Assembly: GCA_963833985.1 (NCBI GenBank)
Contig: CAWIAD010000002.1
Location: 6,304,001-6,368,000, forward strand
Length of the DNA stretch: 64,000 nucleotides
Direction: 5' to 3'
Source: an uncultured Planctomycetaceae bacterium
Lineage (GTDB): Bacteria > Planctomycetota > Planctomycetia > Isosphaerales > Isosphaeraceae
A program made the position numbers and the translations under genes. The notes beneath the pieces were generated by a model. That model made no database searches, was not told the origin of the DNA, and worked only from the letters and a program-made list of their open reading frames with translations. Below, piece by piece: positions 30,974 through 42,050 of this stretch. The first letter of the stretch is position 1; the number at the start of each line of letters is the position of its first letter.

Positions 30974-32734
30974 ATGAAAGCTCGAGGTGCGGCGTCAATC
31001 CTCACCAGGGCCGGTCGCTGGTGTGCGTGGTGGGCCGCGTGCTGTGGCTGGGTCGTACTGGCAGCGCCGGCGCTCGCCGGAGAGCCGCCTCTTTCGAGGC
31101 CCAACGTCCTGCTCATCATGACCGACGACCAAGGGTACGGCGACCTCGGCTTGCACGGCAACCCGACGATCCGCACGCCGAACCTTGATCGCCTGGCGCG
31201 GCAGAGTGCCCGGCTGGCGTCGTTTTACGTGTCGCCCGTCTGCTCGCCGACCCGGGCAAGCCTGCTGACGGGACGTTATAATTATCGCACGGGCGTGGTC
31301 GACACGTACCTGGGACGGTCGCTCATGCGTGCGGACGAGGTCACCCTGGCCGAGATGCTGGCGGCCGCGGGCTACCGCACCGGCATCTTCGGCAAGTGGC
31401 ACCTCGGCGACAACACTCCCTTGCGGGCCATTGACCAGGGGTTCCAGGAAGCCCTGGTGATCAAGGGCGGAGGCATTGGCCAGCCCTCCGACCCGTCCGG
31501 CGGCAGCAGCTATTTCAACCCGGTGCTCCAGCACAACGGGCAGCCGAGCAAGTACTCCGGCTACTGTAGCGACCTCTTCGCCACGGCGGCGATCGATTTC
31601 ATGACCGCGGCGCGGGACCGGCCGTTCTTCGCTTACGTGGCATTTAACTGTCCCCACAGCCCGTACGAGGCACCCGAGGCCGAGCTGGCGAGCTACCGCG
31701 CGATGAGCCTCCCGGACAACCTGGCCCGCGTCTACGCGATGGTCACGAACATCGACACGAACGTGGGCCGCATGCTCGCCGCACTCGAGGCGCAGGGACT
31801 GGACAGGACCACCCTCGTCCTCTTCCTGACCGACAACGGTCCGCCCGATGCCCGGTACAACGCCGGCCTGCGCGGGCTGAAGGGAACTGTCTACGAGGGG
31901 GGCATCCACGTTCCCTGCTTCATCCGCTGGCCTGGCCAGTGGCCCGCGGGCAAGCTCGTGGACAGTATCGCCGCCCACATTGACCTGGCGCCCACGATCC
32001 TGGAGGCCTGCGCGGTCTCCTCGCCGCCGGGCGTGCGGCTCGACGGCAAAAGCCTGTTGCCGCTGTTGCGCGGGGGGCCGGAGGTCGCGTGGCCGGAACG
32101 GACCCTCTTCTTCCAGTGGCATCGGGGAGACCGTCCCCACGCCGACCGCGCATTTGCCGCCCGCTCACGAACGTACAAGCTTCTTCGTCCCGAGCCGAAG
32201 TCGGGAAGCCGCGAGGCGCCCGCCCTGGAGCTCTATGACCTCGCCGCCGACCCTTACGAGCAGCACGACCTCGCCGGAAAACTCCCCGCGATCGTCGAGC
32301 GACTGCATGGGCAATACCTCGACTGGTTCAAGGACGTTTCGTTTCAGGGATTCGAGCCGGTGCGCATGGCGATCGGCGACCCGCGCGAGAACCCGGCCAT
32401 CCTCACCCGCCAGGACTGGCGCGGACCGCGCGCCGGGTGGGGTGCTGAAAACCTGGGGTACTGGGAAGTATCTGTCGCGCGCCGCGGGCGGTACGACATC
32501 ACCGCGCACTTCACGCCCCGGCCGTTCCCGAGCGTGGCGCAACTGAGGCTTCAGGGGGCCAGCCAGCGGGTCTCCATCCGTCCCGGCAGCTCGGAGTGCA
32601 CGTTCGCGGATGTCCCCGCTGACCATGGCCCCGGCCGGCTGGAAGCCTGGATCGAGAGCGGCCAGGATTCGTGGGGCGTGCTCGGGCTGACGGTCCGTTA
32701 CGTGCGGAACGAACAGTCCGCGCCCCTGCCCTGA
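30974..32734 (+). CDS. Arylsulfatase (formylglycine-dependent)
   Basis: PNVLLIMTDDQG, CSPTRASLLTG, GKWHLG, TDNG. Confidence 0.95.
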   Translation: MKARGAASILTRAGRWCAWWAACCGWVVLAAPALAGEPPLSRPNVLLIMTDDQGYGDLGLHGNPTIRTPNLDRLARQSARLASFYVSPVCSPTRASLLTGRYNYRTGVVDTYLGRSLMRADEVTLAEMLAAAGYRTGIFGKWHLGDNTPLRAIDQGFQEALVIKGGGIGQPSDPSGGSSYFNPVLQHNGQPSKYSGYCSDLFATAAIDFMTAARDRPFFAYVAFNCPHSPYEAPEAELASYRAMSLPDNLARVYAMVTNIDTNVGRMLAALEAQGLDRTTLVLFLTDNGPPDARYNAGLRGLKGTVYEGGIHVPCFIRWPGQWPAGKLVDSIAAHIDLAPTILEACAVSSPPGVRLDGKSLLPLLRGGPEVAWPERTLFFQWHRGDRPHADRAFAARSRTYKLLRPEPKSGSREAPALELYDLAADPYEQHDLAGKLPAIVERLHGQYLDWFKDVSFQGFEPVRMAIGDPRENPAILTRQDWRGPRAGWGAENLGYWEVSVARRGRYDITAHFTPRPFPSVAQLRLQGASQRVSIRPGSSECTFADVPADHGPGRLEAWIESGQDSWGVLGLTVRYVRNEQSAPLP

Positions 32735-32933
32735 CTGAGCGGCCCGATGCACTGGCCTTGACGAGGCCGAGTGTTCCTGGCAGCATCCCCGCCAGCCAGC
32801 CCTTGCGGTCTTCCGGGGCCCTGTCGCGCTTGGCGTCCCTGGAAGGCACAGGCCAGCGCATTTCTCCCGCTGGGCAACCCGCGGCACGATCCGGCCATCG
32901 TGCCCCCGCGCAGCGCTTCACAGGAGCCGTCTC

Positions 32934-34465
32934 ATGCCAGTTTCGGATGCTGGTTGCGTGCTCGATGCTCCCGTGGACGAAACCGCCCGGCGCAGGTCCT
33001 GGCAAGACCTGAAGATGGCCTGCGGATGGCTGCACGCCGGCGATGTGGCACGTGCGCGCGAGGCATTCCTCCAGACCGCCCGGCGCAATCCGCCTTGCGG
33101 CGAGGCGTTCTTCTTCCTGGGAGTCATTCACCAGCGGGAAGGTGACGACGAGTCCGCCACGAACAACTATCGCCGGGCCCTGGAGCTGGTGCCCGACCTC
33201 GCCGAAGCAAGGAATAACCTGGGAGTGATCCTCCAGGCACAGGGGAACATCGAGGAAGCGGAACGCTGCTTCCGGGCAGCGCTCCGGCTCGAAGCCCGAC
33301 TACGCCGAAGCCCATAATAACCTGGGCAATGCGCTCCAGGACCAGGGCCGGTTCCAGGAGGCGGTGGCAGCCTACCGGCAAGCCCTCCAGTTCGGGCCGC
33401 GCTCCGTGGACGCGCTCAAGCATCTGGGCAACGCGCTGCGGCGCTGGGGCGGCTGGATGAGGCCATCGCCTGCTACGACCAGGGACTTCGCCTTGCACCC
33501 GACCACGCGCTTCTGCACATGTCGCGGGCCATGGTCTGGCTGCAAATGGGCGACTTCGCGCGCGGCTGGCCGGAGTGTGCGTGGCGGCTCTGCTCACCGG
33601 ACCTGCCCATCCATCGCCTGCGCGGACCCCTTTGGGACGGTAGCGAGCTGCGCGGCAAGACCATCCTCATCGCGGCCGAGCAAGGGCTGGGAGACACGAT
33701 CCAGTTCATCCGCTACGCGCCATGGGTCGCCCGCCGCGCAGGCCGCGTGGTCGTGACCTGCGCGCCGGGCCTCAGAAGGCTGCTCGCCTCCTGCGCGGGA
33801 GTGGACGAGGTGGTCTGCGACGGCGAGCCTCTGCCGGAATACGCCTGTTATGCGCCCGTGATGAGCCTGCCCGCAATCCTTGGCACAACGCCCGAAACCA
33901 TTCCCGCGGAGGTCCCCTACCTGCGGGCTGATCGGCTGCCCGGGCAAGACCTGCCCGATGCCCTCACGGACACCGCAGGCTACAAGGTGGGCGTGGTCTG
34001 GCAAGGCAATCCACGGCATACGAAGGATCGTGAGCGGTCGTTCCGGCTTGCGCATTTCGCGCCCTGGCCCGGGTGCCGGGCGTGCGGCTCTTCAGCCTGC
34101 AAAAGAATTTTGGCCTGGAGCAGATCCGCGAAGTGTCCGGATGCTTTCCGGTGACCGACCTGGGTCGCCAGCTCGACGACTTCGTCGAGACGGCGGCCGT
34201 GATGCAACGGCTCGACCTGGTGATCTCGGCCGACAGCTCGCCGGCGCATCTTGCCGGGGCCCTGGGGCGACCCGTCTGGATGCCCTTGCCCTACATCTGC
34301 GACTGGCGCTGGATGACCGATCGGGACGACACCCCGTGGTATCCCACCATGCGGCTCTTCCGCCAGCGCACCTTCGGCGGCTGGACCGAGGTCTTCGGCC
34401 GGATGGCGGCGGAACTGGCCGTCATGGTCCAGGAGCAGGGCGATGCGGCGTCCCGTGCAGGCTGA
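32934..34465 (+). CDS. TPR plus GT9-like glycosyltransferase protein (about 3 indels)
   Basis: TPR (AEARNNLG), EQGLGDTIQF, VWQGNP, DLVISADSSPAHLAGALG, WRW...PWYPTMRLFRQ across consecutive ORFs. Confidence 0.8.
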
Positions 34466-34492
34466 GCCATTTCTCTGGAGGAGTTCGTTCCC

Positions 34493-36050
34493 ATGACAAC
34501 CGCCATTCGCAGCGCACTGGCGTTTGCCGGCTCCTGCATTCACACGGGCGATTACCCAGGCGCGGCGCTCACGTGCCGGCAGGTTCTCGACCAGGACCCG
34601 GCCGTGGGAGAAGCATGGTACGTACTGGGGGTGGCGACGCAGCTTCTGGGAAAGATCGCCGAGTCGGTGACGTATTACCGCAACTCGCTCCGGCTCGCCC
34701 CGGGGAATGCCGAAGCGTGGAATAACCTGGGCGCGTCGCTGTCGACGCTGCGCAGGCCCGAGGAGGCTGAGCCGTGCCTGAGGAAAGCGCTGGAGATCGA
34801 GGCCGGCTACGCCCAGGCGCATAACAACCTGGGCAATGCGCTTCAGGCCCAGGGCCGGTTCGACGAGGCAATCGAGTCTTACCTGCGTGCCTTGCGGTGC
34901 AATCCGGATTATTCCGAGGTCTACGATCACGTGGGGCTGACCTTGCAGACGCTGGGACGGCTGGACGAGGCCATCTCCTGGTTCGACCAGGCTCTCGCGC
35001 GGGCGCCGGAATCTGGCGTGATCCACATGAACCGGGCCCTGTCTTTGTTGCAGAGAGGAGACTTCGCACAGGGCTGGGCCGAATACGAATGGCGGTTCCG
35101 CTGCCGCGAGCACCCGATCCTCGCCGCGGGGAAACCGCCCTGGGACGGCGCGCCTCTGCACGAGCGGCTCGATCCTGCTCTGGGCCGAGCAAGGCCTGGG
35201 CGACGCGGTTCAGTTCCTGCGCTATGCGGCAGGAGTTGCGGGCAAGGGCGGACGGGTCATCGTGAGCTGCCCCCGCCCTCTGATGCGGCTGGCGGCGACA
35301 TGCCCGGGAGTTTCGGAGGTCGTCGCCGAGGGCACCTCAGAGCTGCCTGGCGAGTGCCAGGCGCCGCTGATGAGCTTGCCGCGACTCTTCAGCACGACTC
35401 TGGAAACGATCCCCGCCAGGGTCCCCTATCTCGCGGCGGATCCGGAACTCGCCGCGCGATGGGCCGAGGAACTGGGCCGCCACGCGGGGCTCAAGGTGGG
35501 CATCGCCTGGCAGGGCAACCCCGACCACAAGAAGGACCGACATCGCTCTTTCGAGCTGGAGCGGTTCGAGGCGCTGGCCAGGATCCCCGGCGTCCGGCTT
35601 TTCAGCCTTCAGAAAGGTGCCGGCAGCGAGCAGGTGAGCAAGCTTGCCGGCCGCTTCGCCGTCACCGACCTGGGCGGCCGCCTGTCTGATTTCATGGACA
35701 CCGCGGCGGTCCTCCCGAACCTCGACCTGGTGATCACGCCCGACACCTCGCTGGCTCACCTGGCCGGGTCGCTGGGTGTCCCGACCTGGGTGGCCCTTCC
35801 TTTCGCATCCGACTGGCGCTGGCTGCTGGATCGCGAGGACAGTCCGTGGTATCCCTCCCTCCGCCTTTTCCGCCAGCGCCGCTGGGGAGATTGGGATGAG
35901 GTCTTTCTCCGGATCGAAGACGAGATCGCGTGCCTACCTTGTTCGCCCCGAGCATTCGGCGCAAGGCATGGCAGTCCTGGAAAGAACTCCCGCACACTCG
36001 ATAGGCCAACGGTGGCCTCGGCTTCGTCCAACGCACAATCACTTGATTAG
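34493..36050 (+). CDS. Second TPR plus GT9-like protein (indel near 35168)
   Basis: TPRs, then AWQGNP, DLVITPDTSLAHLAG, DSPWYPSLRLFRQ. Confidence 0.82.
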
Positions 36051-36250
36051 CCAGCACTCTCCGCAGAATGTGGGCGATTCGACGCGCATCCGGAACCCGC
36101 CCAGGGCTCTGGCTCTTCAAGAGGTCCGCGACTCCCATGAGAATACCTCGCGTTCTGAACGCGTCTCGATGGCACCCCGGATCGAGGGGGAGATGGAACG
36201 CTTCAGGAACGCACCGAGCTGTCCATCAAATCGCTCGATCGCGACGCGTG

Positions 36251-36453
36251 TCAGGCGACACTAAGACTCCACAGGTCGTTCGCGGGATCGTACTCCTCGA
36301 CCACGTCGGTGTTCGTGGTTGACAGGATGAAGCCGTGGCCGGTGCGGCCGCCGATCACGAGGCTGGCATCTGAGCCAGCCCCGCCGTGGAGAGAATCAGG
36401 CTCGCGGCGATCACGGCAAGGATCGCGGTTCCGCGTCGTAGCACTGCTGACAT
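36251..36453 (-). pseudogene. Relic of an exported Kelch-repeat protein
   Basis: Signal peptide MSAVLRRG...AQMPAS joined out of frame to one Kelch blade VIGGRTGHGFILSTTNTDVVEEYDPANDLW. Confidence 0.6.
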
Positions 36454-36688
36454 GAAAATCTCCATTCTCAAGGTCGTCGACGAACAGGCACGAGCCTGTT
36501 CACGATGGATCAAAATGCGTTTCCTCGATGCTCCAGGCACGGCCTTCGTCTTCCGAGCGAGTCGACTCTGACGATCGGTTGGCTGGCGGCCAGAGCACTC
36601 ATTCCTGCCCCGTATTGCTGAGCGAGGCAGGTGGACACCAATTCGGCTGTACTGGCGGAAATCCTTTGTTTCGCGGGCTTGCCTGACC

Positions 36689-37033
36689 ATGCACGAAGAA
36701 CCGACTACCGCGGTCGTCCAGCGCTGCCTGGACGCACTGCAAGGCGACGCGGCCGCAGAACCGCTCATCCGGGAGCTGCTGGAACGGGCGGTCGACCGCC
36801 TGCGCCTGCTGTGCGCCTCGCTGCTCCGGCGGAGTTACCCGCGGCTGACGCAACCGCCCCTGAACCTGGAGACCGACGAGCTGCTGGGCGGCGTGGTGGC
36901 CGGGCTGCTCAAGGCTCTGCGCGAGGTTCGCCCCCGGACCGTGCGCCAGTTCTTCGCCCTCGCCAACCAGCACATGCGATGGCAGCTCAATGATCTGCGC
37001 GATCACGGGTGTGCATTCCTCGCCGGCCCATGA
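36689..37033 (+). pseudogene. ECF sigma factor, region 2 only (truncated)
   Basis: DAAAEPLIRELL...ETDELL...RQFFALANQHMRWQLNDL, then runs into repeat DNA; no region 4 before the kinase. Confidence 0.7.
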
Positions 37034-37297
37034 CATAATGCAGCCGATCCGGCGCATCGTGCCCGGCGTCCTCCGGCGTTGGGGCCAGCTCGTAGCCCGT
37101 AGGGTGGGTCGAGCATTGCGAGGCCCACCGATTGTCTGAACGGCGAGTGTCGCAGCCCGTAGGGCGGATCAGCGTCGCTTGCGACGCGCAACCCACCGCA
37201 CCACTGAGAACAGGTCGGACGTCGACCGCGAATGTGCATTCCTCGCCGGTCCATGACATAATGCAGCCGATCCGGCGCATCGTGCCCGGCGTCCTCC
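37010..37297. repeat. GTAG REP-like cassette between 65-bp direct repeats
   Basis: 37010-37074 matches 37233-37297 (1 mismatch); GTAGGG units at 37099 and 37159. Confidence 0.85.
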
Positions 37298-37352
37298 AGT
37301 GTCGGAGGTCAGAGCAAGATCGTCTTCACCTGGTTTCCGGGAGGCCCGCCTC

Positions 37353-40300
37353 ATGGCAGCCGTCGCCGCAGATCGAGAGCTGCTGTTTGGACTCCTGGCG
37401 CTCCAGAACGGCATCATCAACCAGGCCCAGCTCGTGCTCGCCTTCCAGGCCTGGACGCTGGATAAATCCCGAAGCCTGGCCGACTACCTCCAGCAGCGCG
37501 GGGAGCTGGCCGCGGCGAAGCGCGCCCTGGTCGAGGCTCTCGTCGATGTCCATCTCGAGGCCCATGCCGGCGACGTGGAGCAGAGCCTGGCCGCCGTCTC
37601 GGCCGGCAAGTCCACCCGCGAAAGCCTCGCACGGCTCGGCGACCCGGACGTCGATGCCACGCTGGGGCACGTCGCCTCGGTCCACGGCTCGACCGAGAAC
37701 GACGACCCCGACCGCACCACCAGTTACTCCGTCGGCACGGCCACCAGCGACGGCCTGCGCTTTCGCGTGCTCCGGCCGCATGCCAGGGGCGGATTGGGGG
37801 CGGTCTTCGTCGCGCTCGATTCCGAACTGAACCGCGAGGTCGCGCTCAAGCAGATCCTCGATCACCACGCCGACGACTCGATCAGCCGTCAGCGATTCCT
37901 GCTCGAGGCCGAGGTCACCGGCGGGCTGGAGCATCCGGGCATCGTCCCGGTCTATGGGCTGGGAACCTACGCCGACGGCCGGCCGTACTACGCCATGCGG
38001 TTCATCCGGGGAGGCTCGCTCAAGGAGGCCATCGAGCGGTTCCACGGCGACCAGACCCTGAAAAACGATGCCGGCAAGCGGTCGCTGGCGGTGCGCAAGC
38101 TGCTGCGGCGGTTCACCGACGTCTGCAACGCCATCGACTACGCCCACAGTCGCGGCGTGCTCCATCGCGATCTCAAGCCGGGCAACATCATCGTCGGCAA
38201 GCACGGCGAGACGCTGGTCGTCGACTGGGGCCTGGCCAAGGCCAAGGGCAAGACCGACGCGACGGACACCTCCGAGGAGCGCCCGCTCACTCCGTCTTCG
38301 GCCAGCGGCAGTGCGGAGACCCTGCCCGGCAGCGCGCTGGGCACGCCGGCCTACATGAGCCCCGAGCAGGCGCGCGGCGATCTCGACCAGCTTGGCCCGC
38401 GTTCCGATGTTTACAGCCTAGGCGCGACGCTGTATTGCTTGCTGACCGGCAAGCCGCCACAGGAGGGCGATGACCTCGGCGCGATCCTCCGCAAGGTGCA
38501 GCGGGGTGAATTCACGCCGCCAAGGCACATCGATCCCTCCATTGACAAGGCACTGGAGGCCGTCTGCCTGAAGGCCATGGCCCTCAGGCCCGAGGATCGC
38601 TACGCCAGCGGCCGCGCCCTGGCCGACGACATCGAGCGGTGGATGGCCGACGAGCCGGTCGCGGCCTATCCCGACCCCTGGACGCGCAAGCTGACGCGCT
38701 GGCTGGCGCGGCATCGCACGGGCGTGACGGCCCTCGGCGCGGCGCTGCTGGCGGCGCTCATTGGCCTGGCGGCCGTGCTGGGCGTGCAGCGGCAGTTGAA
38801 CGCCGTGCTGGCGGCCAAGAACAGCGATCTGGACCGGGCCAACGTCCGCCTCCGCGAGGCGATCGTGCAGAAGGACGCGGCCAACACGGCGCTGGGCGAG
38901 GCCAACGGCCGGGTGCAGGCCCGGTTCGAGCTGGCGCGGGAGGCGATCCGGTCGTTCAAGGCCGGCGTCGAGGAAGAGGAGGCGCTGAAGGAGAACCGGC
39001 TGCGGCCCTTGCGCGACAAGCTGCTGGGCTCGGCGCGGCGGTTCTACGACCGGCTGGGCGACCTGCTGCGGGGCCAGGAAGACGTCGCCTCGAAGGCGGT
39101 TCTGGCCGAGTCATACACCGAGCTGGGCAAGCTGATCGACCAGATCGGCCAGAAGCCCGAGGCGCTGGAGGCGTACAAGAAGGCGGTGGCGATCCGCCGC
39201 GAGCTGGCGGCTGCACCGGCCGCCGTCGCGTCGGAGCGGGTCGCGCTGGCGAAGGCGCTGAACGGCCTGGGCGAGGAAACGTATCAGCTCGGCGACCACA
39301 CCGCCTCCCTGGCCGCGCACGAGGAGGCCGGCACGCTGGCCGAGCCGCTGGCCGCGGGTCCGGACGCAACGATCGAGGCCCGCCGGGCGCTCGGGGCTGC
39401 CCGCCAGGGTGCCGGCGAGGCGCTCCAGGCGACCGGGAAGGACGCCGCCGCGCTGGCGGCCTACCGCCAGGCGATCTTCGTGCGCGAGGCTCTCACCCGC
39501 GACCCTTCAGCCATTCCCGACGACCGCCGCGAGCTGGCAGTCAGCCACAACTGGGTTGGCAACCTGCTGGAGAAGACCGGCAATCTGGCCGGGGCGCTGG
39601 TCGAGCAGCGGAAGTACCAGGATCTGTTCCGGGCGCTGGCCGCCGAGCACCCCGCCGTTCCCGACTACCGCCGCGAACTGGCCGTCAGCCACAGCCGGGT
39701 CGGCAGCCTGCTGGCGACGACCGGCGACCTGGCCGGGGCACTGGCCGAGCAACGGAAGAACCAGGATCTGTTCCGGGCGCTGGCCGCCGAGCACCCCGCC
39801 GTTCCCGACTACCGCCGGGGACTGGCCGTCAGCCACACCCGGGTCGGCCTCTTGCTGGATATGACCGGCGACCTGGCCGGGGCCCTGGTCGAGCAGCGGA
39901 AGTACCAGGACATGTTCCGGGCCCTGGCCGCGGAGTACCCCGCCGTTCCCGACTACCGCCGCGAGCTGGCCGTCAGCCACAACCGGGTCGGCGGCCTGCT
40001 CGAGAAGACCGGCGACCTGGCCGGGGCCCTGGCCGAGCAGCGGAAGTACCAGGAGCTGACGCGGGCGCTGGCCGCCGAGCACCCCGAAGTCCCCGACTAC
40101 CGTCGCGAGCTAGCCGTCAGCCACAACCGGGTCGGCGGCCTGCTCGAGAAGACCGGCGACCTGGCCGGGGCCCTGGCCGAGCAGCGGAAGTACCAGGAGC
40201 TGACGCGGGCGCTGGCCGCCGAGCACCCCGAAGTCCCCGACTACCGCCTCGACCTGGCCGTCAGCCACAACCGGGTCGGCGGCCTGCTCGAGAAGACCGG

Positions 40301-41203
40301 CGACCTGGCCGGGGCCCTGGCCGAGCAGCGGAAGTACCAGGAGCTGACGCGGGCGCTGGCCGCCGAGCACCCCGAAGTCCCCGACTACCGTCGCGAGCTA
40401 GCCGTCAGTCACAACTGGGTTGGCAGCCTGCTGGAGCAGACCGGCGACACGGCCGGAGCACTCGCCGAGCAGCGGAAGTACCAGGACATCTACCGGGTGC
40501 TGGCCGCGGAGCACCCCGACGTCACCGACCACCGCCTCGGCCTGGCCGTCAGCCACAACCGGGTCGGCTACCTCCTGACCACGGCCGGCCGGCCCGCCGA
40601 GGGGCTGGCCGAGTTGGAGCGGGCCCGCTCCCTGCTCGGCGCGCTGGCCGAGGCCGCACCGGACGTCCCTCTTTATCGCGACGTCCTGGTCTTCGCGCTG
40701 AACTACGCCGGCGGCGCCCTCCGCGACCTGGGCCGAAGCGGCGAGGCCCGCGATCGCCACGACCGGGCCGTCGCGCTGGCCGAGACGCTGGCCGCGTCCT
40801 CCCCGAAGGTGCCGCTCTACCGCAGCCGTCTGGCCGACAGCCTGCGGCGGCTGGCCCTGCTGAAGCTGCACGCTGGCGACGCCGCCGGGGCCACCGCCGA
40901 CGCCCGCCGGGCCGTTGGCCTCCTCGAGGGGCTGCCCGCCCGCGACGGCCGCGCGTGGTTCTTGCTGGCCTGCGCCGCGCGACGCTGTCCGACGCCGTCG
41001 GCCGCGAGGGGCAAGCCCGGTCCGCCGAGTCCTCGGCCCTGGCCGACCGGGCGCTGGACGACCTCCGCCAGGCCGCCGCGCTGGGCTATCGCAACCCGGC
41101 CCAGTACCGTTACGAGCCGGACCTGGCCCCGCTCCGCGGCCGCCGGGACTTCCGGCTCCTGATGCTGGACCTGGCGTTTCCGCAGCAGCCATTCGCGCCG
41201 TGA
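37353..41203 (+). CDS. Ser/Thr protein kinase with TM and C-terminal TPR-like repeat array (indel near 40980)
   Basis: ARGGLGAV, VALK, HRDLKPGN, DWG, GTPAYMSPEQ, DVYSLG; C-terminus DLAFPQQPFAP in shifted frame. Confidence 0.92.
39525..40600 (+). repeat. Intragenic 144-bp (48-aa) tandem repeat, about 7.5 copies
   Basis: Units start at 39525, 39669, 39813, 39957, 40101, 40245, 40389, 40533; copies 4-6 are nearly identical in DNA. Confidence 0.92.
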
Positions 41204-41547
41204 ACCGAATGACGGGCTCGTAACTCGTAGGGTGGGTCAGCGTCGCTCGAGACGCGCAACCCACCGCACCAAGGTGGGTTGCGCCGCCTGCGACGGCTCA
41301 CCCACCCGAACGCGATCGCGCTGGGCATGCGATGGGAGCGAGCGCGTAGGGTGGGTCGAGCGTTCCCGCGAGGCCCACCGATTGTCTGAACGGCGAGTGT
41401 CGTAGCGCGTAGGGTGGGTGAGCGTCGCTCGAGACGCGCAACCCACCGCACCAAGGTGGGTTGCGCCGCCTGCGACGGCTCACCCACCCGACCACTAAAC
41501 CTGGAGTTTCCGCCGCAGCCATTCGCGCCGTGAACCGAAAGACGGGC
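41169..41547. repeat. GTAG REP-like cassette between 49-bp direct repeats
   Basis: 41169-41217 matches 41499-41547 (3 mismatches); GTAGGGTGGG units at 41227, 41346, 41409. Confidence 0.85.
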
Positions 41548-41616
41548 GGGCCACGTCGCTCGTCGAATGCCAGCAGGAGGTTCTTGATCACTCGCTGCCA
41601 CGGTCCCCGTGGGAGT

Positions 41617-41876
41617 GCAAGGCGCTCATGAGTCTGGATCCAGCCGCGCTGGAGGCCGCCTTGACTCGGTGGGCCGACGCCATGCTGGGCCGACCACCGG
41701 CGGCCGAGACGGGTTCTCCTGAAGCTTGCCCTTGATGGCAAGTCGGCACGCGGCAGCCTCGATGCCTGCTTCGCTCGTGGCGAGCGAACAATATCGCCCA
41801 GGCGACGAGGAGAAACGCCTCCCGAGTCGCCGAACTCTTTACCAGGTTGGGCATCTCTTCACTGTGATTGGCCCTG
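41617..41876 (+). mobile_element. Internally deleted ISAs1 remnant
   Basis: Matches about 24727-24875 joined to about 25570-25680, including the right end CTGTGATTGGCCCTG. Confidence 0.85.
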
Positions 41877-42050
41877 GTACTGGCAAGGCCGGCTCTTTCA
41901 ACGCACGAGACCGCATCGTACAATCGCCGGCTGTCCGCTCGACCAGGATGGACCGGGGCGGCATGTGCTCACAGAATAACACCCTCGTATGCGTCGCCCT
42001 CTCCCGGCCACGACGAGGCCATGTCCTTTCCTCGTGTTCCTGGAGATCCC

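Noticed and set aside
38215..38240. DWG instead of DFG in the kinase
   Set aside because: A known tolerated variant; other catalytic motifs are intact
39525..40600. Diversity-generating retroelement suggested by AAC-to-NNC codon variation
   Set aside because: No reverse transcriptase or separate template repeat in the window; C-ending codons are the default here and non-adenine changes also occur
37010..41547. CRISPR array
   Set aside because: Repeats are palindromic REP units or coding repeats without unique equal-length spacers; no cas genes
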